A stretch of DNA of 64,000 nucleotides, from NCBI GenBank assembly GCA_016871515.1, contig VHDE01000006.1, positions 460-64,459 of the forward strand, given 5' to 3'. This DNA is from Verrucomicrobiota bacterium (GTDB lineage: Bacteria > Verrucomicrobiota > Verrucomicrobiia > Limisphaerales > SIBE01). A model generated the notes under the pieces. The model saw nothing but the letters and a program-made list of their open reading frames with translations. It had not been told where the DNA came from and did not search any database. Both the position numbers and the translations under genes were made by a program. This document shows, in pieces, positions 47,970 through 58,077 of this stretch (position 1 is the first letter of the stretch; every line of letters starts with the position of its first letter).

Positions 47970-49700
47970 TTAGTTCAACTTTGCGAATTCCTTGCGCACC
48001 AAATCGACGAGTGGTTTGACGGCATCGCCACTGAAATCAAAACGGCAACCGGCGGCTGCGAATAATTCCGGCAACGGACGTGAGCCACCGAGCGCCAGGC
48101 CCTTCTGGTAATCGCTCAGCGCCTTGGCCCGGTCACGCTTCGAATTCGCCCACACTTGCAAGGCGCCCAGTTGAGCGATGCCATATTCGATGTAGTAAAA
48201 CGGATGCAGATAGATGTGCAGCTGCCGGTGCCAAAGGTTTTCGCGCACATGCTCGTAACCTTTCCAATCCACATCGCCGCCGAACCGATCCATCAATTCG
48301 AGCCAAGCGCCGTTTCGGTCCGCCTTCGTGTGCCCAGGATGCGAGTAAATCCAATGCTGAAACGCATCGACCGTTGCAATCCAAGGAAAGATTTCGACAA
48401 TTCCTTCCAGATGATCTCTCCGCGCGCGTTTCGCGTCCGCCGGGCTGTAAAACGCATCGAGAAATTCGTTCCCAAGCAATTCCATGCTCATGGAAGCCAC
48501 TTCGCAAATTTCTATCGGAGGGTTTCGATAGGCGTACAAATCCTCGGAGCGGATCGCCAGGGCGTGAAAGGCGTGGCCGGCCTCGTGCAACATCGTCTCG
48601 ACATCGCGTTGAACGCCCACGGCATTCATAAAAATGAACGGCATCCTCGCTTCCGCCAGCGTCGATTGATAACCACCCGGGGCTTTTCCCTTGCGATTGG
48701 CTAGGTCCAACAGGCCTAAGGCCTGGAGCTGCTGAAACTCCTGCGACAGCGCTCCATCGAGCCGATTGAAAATCTGCTGAGTGCCGGTCAACATTTTTTC
48801 CACCTTCTCGAAAGGCCGCAGCGGCGGGCGATTCAAAGCGTCCACCGCCAGGTCCCAAGGACGCAAGGCCCGCAGCTTTAGTTGGCGCCGCCGCTCCTTT
48901 TGCAGTTCGCGCAGGACGGGCATGACCTCCTTTTCAATGGCGTTATGAAATTGGACGCAATCCTCCGGGGTGTAATCGAATCGGCCTCGCGCCCGAAAGG
49001 CATATTGCAGATAATTCGGGAACCCCGCGTTGCGAGCGATCTTCTCGCGAATCTTCAGCAGGCGATCAAAGATGTCATCAAACTTTTCCGCTTCCTGGAG
49101 CCGGCGATTGGCCGCCAGTTCCCACGCTTCCTGCCGAAGCGCGCGATCGGTTTCTTCCAGATAACGGGCCATCTGCACGAGCGTCTTCTCTTCTCCCCTA
49201 AATTCCACTGTGAGTGATCCGCTGAGTTTTTGATATTGCTGGCCGAGCTTCGCTTCCTCGGTTTCCAAAGGGACATTTTCCGGCCGATACAACTCGACGT
49301 GCAATTTCGTGTTCCGATCCAGGATCGCATAACGCTCGTTCGGCAATTCCTTCCTCAACGGGTGGGTCAGATAGATTTCAGCCAGCTTGAACTGGCGCGG
49401 CTTGAGGCGAGGCTCGATGTCCTCAACAAAATGCAGATACGCCTTCTCGGCTTCGGGATTGTCCGTGTGACACGTCATTGCAATATAGCGCTTGGTTCCT
49501 TCCTCATCCAAGGCGGCGCTCAACTCGCTGCCGTCAAGAATCCACTTCTCGAGATGCGGCACACTGCGGATGCCGATGGCGCGCGTTTCCAACAAATCAA
49601 ACAACGGAGCGATTTGAACCCAATCACCAAGATCAATTTCTTCCGGCACAAAACGCCGCGGCTTGTGAGCAGGCAAATTCTGAAATGGCAGTAAACTCAT
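47970..49700 (-). CDS. M3 family oligoendopeptidase (PepF-like)
   Basis: Start moved to ATG 49700. Zinc motif HEAGHAFH. Typical M3B length. Confidence 0.88.
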   Translation of the reverse strand: MSLLPFQNLPAHKPRRFVPEEIDLGDWVQIAPLFDLLETRAIGIRSVPHLEKWILDGSELSAALDEEGTKRYIAMTCHTDNPEAEKAYLHFVEDIEPRLKPRQFKLAEIYLTHPLRKELPNERYAILDRNTKLHVELYRPENVPLETEEAKLGQQYQKLSGSLTVEFRGEEKTLVQMARYLEETDRALRQEAWELAANRRLQEAEKFDDIFDRLLKIREKIARNAGFPNYLQYAFRARGRFDYTPEDCVQFHNAIEKEVMPVLRELQKERRRQLKLRALRPWDLAVDALNRPPLRPFEKVEKMLTGTQQIFNRLDGALSQEFQQLQALGLLDLANRKGKAPGGYQSTLAEARMPFIFMNAVGVQRDVETMLHEAGHAFHALAIRSEDLYAYRNPPIEICEVASMSMELLGNEFLDAFYSPADAKRARRDHLEGIVEIFPWIATVDAFQHWIYSHPGHTKADRNGAWLELMDRFGGDVDWKGYEHVRENLWHRQLHIYLHPFYYIEYGIAQLGALQVWANSKRDRAKALSDYQKGLALGGSRPLPELFAAAGCRFDFSGDAVKPLVDLVRKEFAKLN

Positions 49701-49795
49701 GCGCGAAAAGATAATCAAAGATGCCCGAATGAAAATGGGAATCTGTTTGCCGAGACGTGCTGTCCTACAAACGAACACCAACCGAAACCATCTCG

Positions 49796-49817
49796 CTGGC
49801 AGCGCCGCCCTGCCAGC
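49796..49817. repeat. family D fragment
   Basis: ctggcagcgccgccctgccagc. Overlaps the 3' end of the DUF885 gene. Confidence 0.3.
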
Positions 49818-51431
49818 TTAGTCCAAACCGTACTTTTCAAGCCAGGCTTGCGGCAACGTGCCGAAACTAAGGAGCCAATCATTGAATCGGCGGAGTTTCC
49901 AGCCGCGACCTTGCACGAGCCGGCGGTGCAGGCGCTCATTCTCCAATCTCCCGAGCCAATAACTCATCGGGACACCAGGATAGGCGGTATACCAGTTCAC
50001 ATCCGCCTCAGCCCTGCCCTGGGTAAACCCGAGATGTTTCTGCATGTGCCGGACGGCTTGCTCATAGCTATAGCGGCCGGTCTGCAGATAGAGGTCCACT
50101 AGAATTCGGTGAGCGCGCCAGAGCGCATCGTGCAGTTGCTGGACGACCAACCAAGGCGAACGATCCACTTGCAGGTCCACCATCATTTGCTCGCACCAAA
50201 GCGTCCAGCCTTCGTAAAACACCGCGTGCGCAAAGAGCCGGCGCCAGCGGCGTGGATGGCGATTGGCTGTCGCGAATTGCAGATGATGGCCGGGATAAGC
50301 TTCGTGCGCGCAAGTCAAGCTAAGGCCAAAATGTTGCGCGCGCTCGGCACGCTTTTCGGCCTCGGTGGACTTCTTGAGACTCAAGTCATTGACCCAGAAA
50401 ATCCCTCGTTGCTCCTTCTCGAATGCGCCCGGCGATTTGTAGGCCGCCGTGGGAAAGAGATGGCGCATGAATTCAGGCACGAGTCGAACGTCGAGCCGTT
50501 CTCCGGCGGGAAAGCTCACTGCGTTCGCCGCGCGAAAAGCTCCGGCGATGCGATCGGTTTCAGCGCGATAAACGTTAACGAGATCGCCGCTCGGGTTCCA
50601 TTGCGAACGCGCCTCGGCAATGATTTCATCCGCTTGGCGCTTCTTGCCAAACTTTCGGCAAGCCGTCTGCAAGAGCGTTCCAATCCGCTGGCACTCGCCT
50701 TTGGCCAGCGCTTCAACCTCTCCCAATGAATAGTCCAATCCAAGGTCATCACGGACCCGTCGCGCCAAGCCTCGCTGGCCAAGCGCGAATGCCCCATCTT
50801 TCGCCAATGGCCGAGCCTTTAAGGCGCGTTCGTAAGCCGCAAAACTCGATTTGGCCGCGGCGAGATTTCGGGCGTCAGATGGAACTGGGTTCGCCTTCTG
50901 CAAAAGACTTGCCACTGCTTCGAACAATGCCGGAGCGCCTTGCGCCGTCTGTTCCATGATCTTTCGCCACACGGGCTCAGGGCGATCGATGAGCGTGATG
51001 GCTTCTTCGAGGTATCGCGGTGTCTGCTTCAGCAGCGATCGAATGTTCGCGGCGGCGCGCTTCGATTCATCTTCGCCTCGAAACAACTCGTGCAGAATAA
51101 TATTCAGAACTTGATCGAGCGCATTAGGGTCCATTGTATGACGGCCGCGTTCGAAATCCTCGCTTTCGCGGAGCAAACGGCTGCGCAAGCCGAGTCGATC
51201 CAGTTGCTGCTCGTTCGAAAGGTCGCGTGGCGAGAGCGTCTCCAACTCAGCCAGGGTTCGTTGACGCTGTTTTTGCTGCTTTGCCTCAAAGGCTGGATTC
51301 GCCCTTCCGAGTTTTCCTTCGCCGTCACGCAGTCCCGCGTAAGTGGCCTCGAGCGGCTGATCTGCTAGTGATTGTTCAAAATACCGCTCCAGTAACCCTT
51401 CGAATTGAGACGAACCTTTGCCTTTGTTCAT
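49818..51431 (-). CDS. DUF885 family protein (putative metallopeptidase fold)
   Basis: Start moved to ATG 51431. HEAYPGHHLQ block typical of DUF885. Confidence 0.8.
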   Translation of the reverse strand: MNKGKGSSQFEGLLERYFEQSLADQPLEATYAGLRDGEGKLGRANPAFEAKQQKQRQRTLAELETLSPRDLSNEQQLDRLGLRSRLLRESEDFERGRHTMDPNALDQVLNIILHELFRGEDESKRAAANIRSLLKQTPRYLEEAITLIDRPEPVWRKIMEQTAQGAPALFEAVASLLQKANPVPSDARNLAAAKSSFAAYERALKARPLAKDGAFALGQRGLARRVRDDLGLDYSLGEVEALAKGECQRIGTLLQTACRKFGKKRQADEIIAEARSQWNPSGDLVNVYRAETDRIAGAFRAANAVSFPAGERLDVRLVPEFMRHLFPTAAYKSPGAFEKEQRGIFWVNDLSLKKSTEAEKRAERAQHFGLSLTCAHEAYPGHHLQFATANRHPRRWRRLFAHAVFYEGWTLWCEQMMVDLQVDRSPWLVVQQLHDALWRAHRILVDLYLQTGRYSYEQAVRHMQKHLGFTQGRAEADVNWYTAYPGVPMSYWLGRLENERLHRRLVQGRGWKLRRFNDWLLSFGTLPQAWLEKYGLD

Positions 51432-51506
51432 GCAGAACAAGGAAGCGGTAAACGTCGGGGATGTCGATGTAACAGTTGGGCAAGGCAATCAACTTGCCTA
51501 TTGCCA

Positions 51507-51644
51507 TCAAACACCTTGCCCATCGGGACATATCACTCTGGCATCTACGACGCCTACAACTCGGGTATTGAATACGACATGGCCTTGTCCCAAAGCGGAC
51601 ACAACCAAAAGCAATACGGCGATTGGGGGGATTAGCTTTTTCAT
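51507..51644 (-). pseudogene. 45-aa N-terminal fragment of a secreted-protein paralog
   Basis: MKKLIPPIAVLLLVVSALGQGHVVFNTRVVGVVDARVICPDGQGV* resembles the signal plus GTVNFAN...NAPV start of 25006-25653. Stops early and is followed by a family G-like palindrome. Confidence 0.4.
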
Positions 51645-51820
51645 ACCCGGGACAACTTTGTCGTAAACTTCGTCAGGAACTTTGTCGAGGCCTCCTAATT
51701 CAGCCTCGCACCCGCGTCAGCGTCATTCCGACAAAGGTCGCATAAGCCGGATAGATCGCCAAATTGTCTTGTGAGCAGCGGTGCACCGCCATGCTCGCGA
51801 GGAAAGGGTGCGATGAAAAT

Positions 51821-51946
51821 GTCGGCCGCAGCGCAGCGTTCACGCTGCAGAGCGTGAAATTGCCGAACCGCTCGAAGTTCTTCGGAAGGTTTCGACTCTG
51901 CGTACGTTTCTGCAGCGTAAACGCTGCGCTCCCGACCGACAGTTTT
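51821..51946. repeat. family E palindromic element, second copy
   Basis: gcgcagcgttcacgctgcaga (51831-51851) versus tctgcagcgtaaacgctgcgc (51909-51929). Shares the ...cgacagttt tail with the copy at 32360-32478. Confidence 0.65.
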
Positions 51947-51974
51947 TAGTCGTACCCGCAAGCAAGCTTCCCAC

Positions 51975-52004
51975 TTGCTTCCAGCAAAACAGGGCTTCTA
52001 TACT
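51975..52004 (+). promoter_or_regulatory. candidate sigma-70-like promoter for mdh
   Basis: TTGCTT (51975-51980), 18 nt, TATACT (51999-52004), lying 15 nt upstream of ATG 52019. Consensus taken from E. coli, so applicability is uncertain. Confidence 0.25.
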
Positions 52005-52018
52005 GCGCGCCACTAAAT

Positions 52019-53011
52019 ATGACTAACTCACCGATTCGTGTCGCGCTTACCGGGGCCGCCGGCCAAATTGGCTATTCGCTTGTCTTTCGCATCGCTTCCG
52101 GCGCGATGTTTGGACCCAATCAGCCTGTCATCCTGCATCTCATCGAAATCGAACCCGTCTTGCCTGCGCTTCAAGGCGTCGTGATGGAGCTCGAAGATTG
52201 CGCGTTTCCGCTTTTGAAGAGTGTCGTTCCTACGGCCAACTTGGACGAAGGATTCCGCGGCGTGAACTGGGCGTTGCTGGTCGGCAGCGTGCCGCGCAAA
52301 GCCGGCATGGAACGCAAGGATTTGCTCGGCATCAACGGCAAGATTTTCATTGGCCAGGGACGGGCCATTCAAGCGAACGCCGCCAGCGATGTGCGCATTC
52401 TCGTGATTGGCAACCCATGCAACACGAATTGCCTGATCGGCATGAGCAACGCGCCCGAACTGCCCCGCGATCGGTGGCATGCGATGACGCGCCTCGACGA
52501 GAACCGTGCGAAATCGTTGCTGGCCCGCAAAGCTGGAGCGGACGTCACGACGGTGACGAATGTGGCGATTTGGGGCAATCATTCCGCCACGCAATATCCT
52601 GACTTTTATAACGCCAAGATCAACGGCCATCCAGCGACGCAAGCCATCAAAGATGAAGCTTGGCTCAAGAGCGAATTCATTAGCACCGCTCAGCAGCGCG
52701 GCGCCGCCATCATCAAAGCGCGCGGAGCCTCGAGCGCGGGAAGCGCCGCCAATGCCATCATCGACTCGGTAACATCAATCATCAATCCAACACCGCCGGG
52801 CGATTGGCATAGTGTCTGTGTCTATTCGGACGGGAGTTACGGAATTGAGAAGGGATTGATTGCCTCTTTCCCGATTCGAAGCAACGGGCAGAAACTGGAA
52901 ATCGTCCACGGCGTGCCGATTAATGAATTTAGCCGTGCGAAGATCGACGCAACGGTCAACGAACTCAAAGAAGAACGCTCTCTTGTGGCTGAATTACTGC
53001 CGAAGTCGTAA
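52019..53011 (+). CDS. mdh: malate dehydrogenase
   Basis: 330 aa. [35 protein letters not shown] family 2 pattern. Confidence 0.95.
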   Translation: MTNSPIRVALTGAAGQIGYSLVFRIASGAMFGPNQPVILHLIEIEPVLPALQGVVMELEDCAFPLLKSVVPTANLDEGFRGVNWALLVGSVPRKAGMERKDLLGINGKIFIGQGRAIQANAASDVRILVIGNPCNTNCLIGMSNAPELPRDRWHAMTRLDENRAKSLLARKAGADVTTVTNVAIWGNHSATQYPDFYNAKINGHPATQAIKDEAWLKSEFISTAQQRGAAIIKARGASSAGSAANAIIDSVTSIINPTPPGDWHSVCVYSDGSYGIEKGLIASFPIRSNGQKLEIVHGVPINEFSRAKIDATVNELKEERSLVAELLPKS

Positions 53012-53045
53012 TTGACGCTGAGAACGGCGCGACGGGTAGGACAGC

Positions 53046-53116
53046 GCGTCCCGCCTGTCCTGAAACACACTGATCGTTCGAGGACAGGCGGGACGCGCTG
53101 TCCTACGTCATCTGAC
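53046..53116. repeat. family A palindromic element (possible mdh terminator)
   Basis: Perfect 26-nt inverted repeats gtaggacagcgcgtcccgcctgtcct / aggacaggcgggacgcgctgtcctac with a 19-nt spacer. Lies 35 nt after the mdh stop. Confidence 0.7.
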
Positions 53117-53133
53117 AATCATTGCGAAAGACA

Positions 53134-53811
53134 ATGCCGCCGCCATTAACTGCCAAAGATCTCGCTCGTTATATCGATTACACGTTGCTGAAGCCCGAAG
53201 CTTCGCGGCTTGAGATTAACAAGCTTTGTTCCGAAGCGCGCGAGTATCAGTTTTATAGCGTCTGCGTGAATGGCTCTCGAGTCATTGAAGCGTACGCTTT
53301 GTTAGATGGCAGTGGTGTGAAAGTCTCGACGACGGTCGGATTTCCGCTCGGCGCAGCCGACGCCGATGCCAAGCGTTACGAGACCGAAGTTGCTATCGAC
53401 AACGGCGCGCATGAGATCGATGCCGTGTTGAACATTGGGCGGTTGAAGGAAGGCGATCACCAATATGTCCTTCGAGAATTGCGGGATATCGTGGGAGCCG
53501 CTGACGAGCGTCCAGTCAAAGTGATTTTGGAAACGTGTCTGCTCACCCGTGACGAAAAAGTTCTGGCGTGCAAATTGGCCGTCGATTCCGGAGCGCATTT
53601 TGTCAAAACCTCGACCGGTTTCAGCTCGTCCAACGGCACAATCGAAGATGTGAAACTGCTGCGCGAAATCGTTGGACCGAAATTTGGCGTGAAAGCGTCC
53701 GGGGGAATTCGCGATACAAGAACGGCGCTGTCCATGATCGAAGCGGGCGCCAACCGCCTCGGAACTTCAGCCGGCGTCGCGATTGTGCGGGCGCTGGCTA
53801 GTTCACGGTAG
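53134..53811 (+). CDS. deoC: deoxyribose-phosphate aldolase
   Basis: IDYTLLKPEAS, VKVILET, FVKTSTGF (Schiff-base Lys), VKASGGIR. TTG 53122 is an alternative start. Confidence 0.9.
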   Translation: MPPPLTAKDLARYIDYTLLKPEASRLEINKLCSEAREYQFYSVCVNGSRVIEAYALLDGSGVKVSTTVGFPLGAADADAKRYETEVAIDNGAHEIDAVLNIGRLKEGDHQYVLRELRDIVGAADERPVKVILETCLLTRDEKVLACKLAVDSGAHFVKTSTGFSSSNGTIEDVKLLREIVGPKFGVKASGGIRDTRTALSMIEAGANRLGTSAGVAIVRALASSR

Positions 53812-53839
53812 CGCAGATTGCCCAGTCTGCGCTACGCCC

Positions 53840-54766
53840 TTAGGTCACATTCAAGCTGCCTCGGCGATAGCCTTCCAGGTCCAGAGTCACGTGCCGATAA
53901 CCAATCCTCTTTAATGCGGTGGCCACAGCCTCAAACACGCCTTCCGTCAGGAGCTTCGACATTTCGTCGGGACCGATCTCAATGCGGGCCAAGTGCGCGT
54001 TTGACATTTCGTGATGCCGCACGCGCACATCGTAGAAGCCGAGATCGCGCAACACGTATTCGGCTTGCTCAATCATTTTGAGCTTTTCCAAGCCGACCGC
54101 TTCGCCATAGGGCACACGCGAACTCAAACAGGCCATTTGCGGCTTGTCTGCCGTTGGCAAACCCAGTTGCGCGGAGAGCTCGCGAATCTCGGACTTCGTC
54201 AGCCCAACTTCCTTTAAGGGAGCACGGACTTGGAATTCTGCTGCAGCCTTCGCGCCTGGGCGAAAATCGCCGGTATCGCTGGCATTTTCGCCATAGGCGA
54301 GCACAGCGAAACCTTCTCTTTGTGCCAGCGGGGCCAATTCCTCGAACAGCTCGTGTTTGCAGAAGTAACAGCGGTTCGTCGGATTGGCGAGATAATCGGG
54401 ATTGCTGAATTCCTTTGTTTGAATAATACGCACCGGAATCTGGAATCGCGCGGCGATGTCGAGAGCGTCAGTTAGTTCCCGTCGCGGCAGGCTCGCTGAA
54501 TCCGCAATCGCCGCCAAGGTTCGTTTACCCAACACTTCGTGTGCGACATAGGCGAGAAATACAGAGTCAACCCCTCCCGAATAAGCCACCAAACATGACT
54601 CATAGGAGCGAAGCAAATTCCTCAGTTGATCCAATTTACCGGTTGCCACGCAACGAAACTGCCACTGGTCACGCTGATTGTCGAGAACGACGCGCAAGTG
54701 TTCAGTGCCGCCACGAAGCACGCGCCAGCGTTTGGACTGCGACTGGCTTGCCAGCGTTTTTGACAT
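53840..54766 (-). CDS. larE: PP-loop ATP-utilising enzyme (LarE-like sulfur transferase family)
   Basis: Start moved to ATG 54766. PP-loop VAYSGGVDS. CYFCK motif. Confidence 0.75.
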   Translation of the reverse strand: MSKTLASQSQSKRWRVLRGGTEHLRVVLDNQRDQWQFRCVATGKLDQLRNLLRSYESCLVAYSGGVDSVFLAYVAHEVLGKRTLAAIADSASLPRRELTDALDIAARFQIPVRIIQTKEFSNPDYLANPTNRCYFCKHELFEELAPLAQREGFAVLAYGENASDTGDFRPGAKAAAEFQVRAPLKEVGLTKSEIRELSAQLGLPTADKPQMACLSSRVPYGEAVGLEKLKMIEQAEYVLRDLGFYDVRVRHHEMSNAHLARIEIGPDEMSKLLTEGVFEAVATALKRIGYRHVTLDLEGYRRGSLNVT

Positions 54767-54792
54767 GGAACGCGGCGCTCCAAACGGCAACA

Positions 54793-54826
54793 AGCCCACG
54801 AAAGCCCACGAAATGCTTACGAAATG
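54793..54826. repeat. family K tandem motif
   Basis: agcccacgaaagcccacgaaatgcttacgaaatg. Confidence 0.3.
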
Positions 54827-54941
54827 TCTGTTGAAAATCCCGTGGGGAAAGGTTAGGAGAATTCCGGCGGCACGATGAAGTCCGTGTCTATGCTTGGGAC
54901 AAACGAGAGCTGGTTGGCTCTTGGTTCGCTAATAGATATTT

Positions 54942-55781
54942 ATGTTGAGCTCTCGACCCAGACGAGTTGGCAGCCTTCCCAGGAAGACCGCTCGCGAACC
55001 ACGTCCAAGGGGTTTCACTTTGATCGAACTGCTCGTCGTAATTGCCATCATCGCGATTTTGGCCTCGTTACTCATGACGGCGCTGGTCCAAGCGAAGTCG
55101 AATGCGCGTTCGATTAAGTGCACGAGCAATCTTCGCCAGATCGGCCTAGCCCTTCAGCTCTATGTCATCGATAATGGTTTCTACCCATTGATTGGAACCG
55201 CCTTTAATCCATCGAAACCACAGGGCGCAAAGTGGTACGACGATCTCCACGCCTATATGGTCCAACGCTGGACCAACGATATTTATGTTTGCCCAGGTTA
55301 CAAAGGTGAAGTGGAAGATGGGCGCGTCAAAACGAACGTCATTTACGCGTCAGTCGGAAGCTATGGGTACAATGTCGGCAGCGCTGATAAGGTCGGGCGG
55401 CTGCAATTTGGACTCGCCGGCAGGTTTATCGGCCCCGGCGAAATTACGCAGATTCCTACAGCTGAAAATGAAGTCAAAGTGCCGAGCGATATGATCGTGG
55501 TCGGCGATTCGTTTTCGACTTTGTCGCAGAAAAACGGAACGCTGTTGGTGGGACTCGAAATGTTAAGCCGTCAGCTTTACCCCGAGCTTGATCCGGGCGA
55601 TGATGGCGAAGGTCCCGGCACCAAAGAAGCCAAAGCGCGGCACAGGAAAAAGATGAATGTTGTGTTTGGCGACGCGCATGTCGAGTCACACAATTACTCG
55701 AAAATCCTTTTGGACCTAAATCCACAGGTGCTCAAACGCTGGCATTCCGACAACGAGCCGCACCTCGACTTTTTCGAGTGA
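54942..55781 (+). CDS. prepilin-type N-terminal cleavage/methylation domain protein (DUF1559-like pseudopilin)
   Basis: [23 protein letters not shown]-terminal [12 protein letters not shown] (H-X9-DG-like region). Confidence 0.8.
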   Translation: MLSSRPRRVGSLPRKTAREPRPRGFTLIELLVVIAIIAILASLLMTALVQAKSNARSIKCTSNLRQIGLALQLYVIDNGFYPLIGTAFNPSKPQGAKWYDDLHAYMVQRWTNDIYVCPGYKGEVEDGRVKTNVIYASVGSYGYNVGSADKVGRLQFGLAGRFIGPGEITQIPTAENEVKVPSDMIVVGDSFSTLSQKNGTLLVGLEMLSRQLYPELDPGDDGEGPGTKEAKARHRKKMNVVFGDAHVESHNYSKILLDLNPQVLKRWHSDNEPHLDFFE

Positions 55782-55782
55782 C

Positions 55783-55810
55783 GGCAGGATAGGCGTCCCG
55801 CCTGTCCTGC
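55783..55810. repeat. family A half element
   Basis: ggcaggataggcgtcccgcctgtcctgc, immediately after the stop at 55781. Confidence 0.5.
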
Positions 55811-55863
55811 TGGATTCGGGTTTTAGGTTGAAAACTCTTTCTCGCATCGCCACATTCTCGGCC

Positions 55864-56418
55864 ATGCAATCCGTCTTTACCGGTCCTGTTTACGTCGTGC
55901 GCGATAATATCGACACCGACCAGATCATCCCTGCGCAATACCTGACGCTTGTGCCGACAATTCCGGACGAGTACGAAAAGCTCGGCAGTTATGCCATGTG
56001 CGGGTTGCCGGATTCGCTTTACCCCACGCGCTTTGTCAAAGACGGCCAGGTTGATAGCGAGTACCCAATCATTGTGGGTGGACGCAACTTCGGGTGCGGC
56101 AGCTCGCGCGAACATGCCCCGATTGCTCTCGGTTCAGCGAACGCCAAGGTCGTCTTGGCCGAAAGCTTCGCCCGAATTTTCTTCAGAAATTGTGTCGCTA
56201 CCGGCGAACTTTATCCGTGTGAGTGTGTTGATCGGCTTTGCGACATTCTTACGACCGGCGATGTCGTCACCGTAGATCTGGATGCCAACACAGTGAAGGT
56301 TCAGGGGACGGGCAAGACGTACCAATTCAAACCACTGGGCGATGTTCGGCCCGTCGTCGATGCCGGCGGTCTTTTTAATTACGCGCGCCAGACGGGAATG
56401 ATTCCGGCGCAAAGCTGA
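55864..56418 (+). CDS. leuD: 3-isopropylmalate dehydratase small subunit (aconitase swivel-domain family)
   Basis: VYVVRDNIDTDQIIPAQYL, GRNFGCGSSREHA. No large subunit in the window. TTG 55828 is an alternative start. Confidence 0.8.
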   Translation: MQSVFTGPVYVVRDNIDTDQIIPAQYLTLVPTIPDEYEKLGSYAMCGLPDSLYPTRFVKDGQVDSEYPIIVGGRNFGCGSSREHAPIALGSANAKVVLAESFARIFFRNCVATGELYPCECVDRLCDILTTGDVVTVDLDANTVKVQGTGKTYQFKPLGDVRPVVDAGGLFNYARQTGMIPAQS

Positions 56419-56538
56419 GCCGTAAAAGGGGCCGTAAAAGGGGTTAAATAGTTAAATCCGGTTAAATCGCTAAATTAGCTGAATTGTTAAATCGCGCCAC
56501 GGAGGCGGCGGGTTTTAACCTTTTAACCCCTTTAACTG
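56419..56538. repeat. tandem and inverted 'gttaaa' repeat block (family J)
   Basis: gccgtaaaaggg x2, then gttaaat-type units with roughly 9-nt period. Inverted partner gggttttaaccttttaacccctttaactg. Confidence 0.5.
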
Positions 56539-56709
56539 TCCCATTGCTAATTCTTCCGAACCAAATTCCCCTTCCCAACGTTCAACAGGAGGAATGGCGA
56601 CGGCGCCGTTGAACTGCGGCCCGGAACACTTGGTTAAATTCGGCGAGCAGACAGAGTTAGCAATGCGCTGAGCGATTCGATCTTTTCGTCTCTGACGTCC
56701 CTGATCTCG

Positions 56710-57335
56710 ATGACCGACGAGCAGGCGATGTGACGCGTGCAAATGCACGACGACGCTCATGCCTTTGCCCAACTCGTCCGGCGTTGGGAGGGCTCGATCC
56801 AGCGCGTCTCTGCGCCCGCATGACCGGCGATGCGCATCGAGGCGAGGATTTGGCGCAGGAAACATTCGCGCGCCTGTTTGCCCGGCGTAAGAGTTATCAA
56901 CCGCAGGGCCGTTTTTCGACGTTTCTCTGGAGAGTCGCCCTTAATATTTGTTACGACGAATTGCGGCGGTTGCATCGCCGCGCCGAACCCGCATTGATCG
57001 AGGACGGCAGCGAAGCAACGGAGAGCTGGCCCGAGTTTGCTGCGGTTGAGCCAGCGCCGGATCAAAGTCTGGTGGAACGCGAACGCCACGATTTAGTGCG
57101 TAAGGCCGTGCTGCAACTGCCCGAACCCTATCGGACCGTCGTTGTCCTGCGTCACTATGAGAACCTGAAGTTTCGCGAGATCGCGGATGTTCTGGAAGTG
57201 CCTGAAGGAACCGTCAAATCGCGAATGGCCGAGGCGTTAAGCCAGTTGACGCGCCTCCTGAATCGCTCGCTCGAAAATAAAAACAAACCGTTGAAAACAC
57301 CAACAAAACGGATCGAGGAAAGTTTGATGTTATGA
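56710..57335 (+). pseudogene. ECF-type RNA polymerase sigma factor with an in-frame TGA and a frameshift near the 5' end
   Basis: Frame 1 reads MTDEQAM-TGA(56731)-RVQMHDDAHAFAQLVRRWEGSIQR. The canonical continuation LCARMTGDAHRGEDLAQETF... is in frame 0 from about 56808. Regions 2 and 4 downstream are intact. Confidence 0.6.
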
Positions 57336-58039
57336 ATCACCCTAACCGAGAAGAATGGATGTCATACCTTTATGGCGAGCTTCCGTCGCGCACCAAGACG
57401 ACTCTGGCCACGCATCTGGCAAGTTGTCCAGCGTGTCAAAAGAACGTCGCCGACTGGCAAAGCGCGATGAAGGCTCTTGATACTTGGGAATTGCCTCTGC
57501 GACCAGCCCGTTTGGCCGCGCTGCATTCGGCTCTGAAGTGGGGCATCGCCGCGCTATTTGTGCTCGGTTTCGGTTATGGTTTGGGTCGGTTCTCGATGCC
57601 AGCATCGAATCTGGAGACGCTTCGAGCCGGAATCGAGCGGTCCGTGCGGACGTCGCTGGAGAAGGAGTTTCGCCAACGCGTTCGAAACGATTTGGACCAA
57701 GAACTGCGCAGCATGCTTGCCACCTGTCAGCAGCAGCTCACCAACCGCCTGCGGCAAGCCTATGTGGATATGAATGGCTTGGCGGAGAAAACTCTTGTCG
57801 CCTCAGCCGAGCAAACAGGCCGGCTCCTGGCTGCGTACGATGAGAAACGTCAGGAGCAACAGCAGGCCACTTGGACCGCGCTCAATACCTTAGACACTCG
57901 GCAAAGACGCATTGCCGCAGAATATGCGTCGTTCCGGCGGGAAGTTGAAACACTCGCCGTTCTGACTGAAAAGAATTTCGAACAGGTTCTGCCTGTCTCG
58001 TTTGGGGGATCGGTGGACGAAGGCCGAAACCAACCTTAA
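57332..58039 (+). CDS. membrane-anchored anti-sigma factor (zf-HC2 type)
   Basis: ATGA overlap with the sigma gene. WMSYLYGEL...HLASCPACQKNV. One TM (ALKWGIAALFVLGFGYGLG). Confidence 0.75.
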   Translation: MNHPNREEWMSYLYGELPSRTKTTLATHLASCPACQKNVADWQSAMKALDTWELPLRPARLAALHSALKWGIAALFVLGFGYGLGRFSMPASNLETLRAGIERSVRTSLEKEFRQRVRNDLDQELRSMLATCQQQLTNRLRQAYVDMNGLAEKTLVASAEQTGRLLAAYDEKRQEQQQATWTALNTLDTRQRRIAAEYASFRREVETLAVLTEKNFEQVLPVSFGGSVDEGRNQP

Positions 58040-58077
58040 TTCTAACCGTGACTGCGCAATCAAAGTTGTCCCGGGTC

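Noticed and set aside
56419-56538. Possible CRISPR-like or tandem array ('gccgtaaaaggg' x2 and gttaaat units).
   Set aside because: The units are 7-12 nt with no unique spacers of CRISPR size. The block has an inverted partner, like the other repeat families. No cas genes are present.
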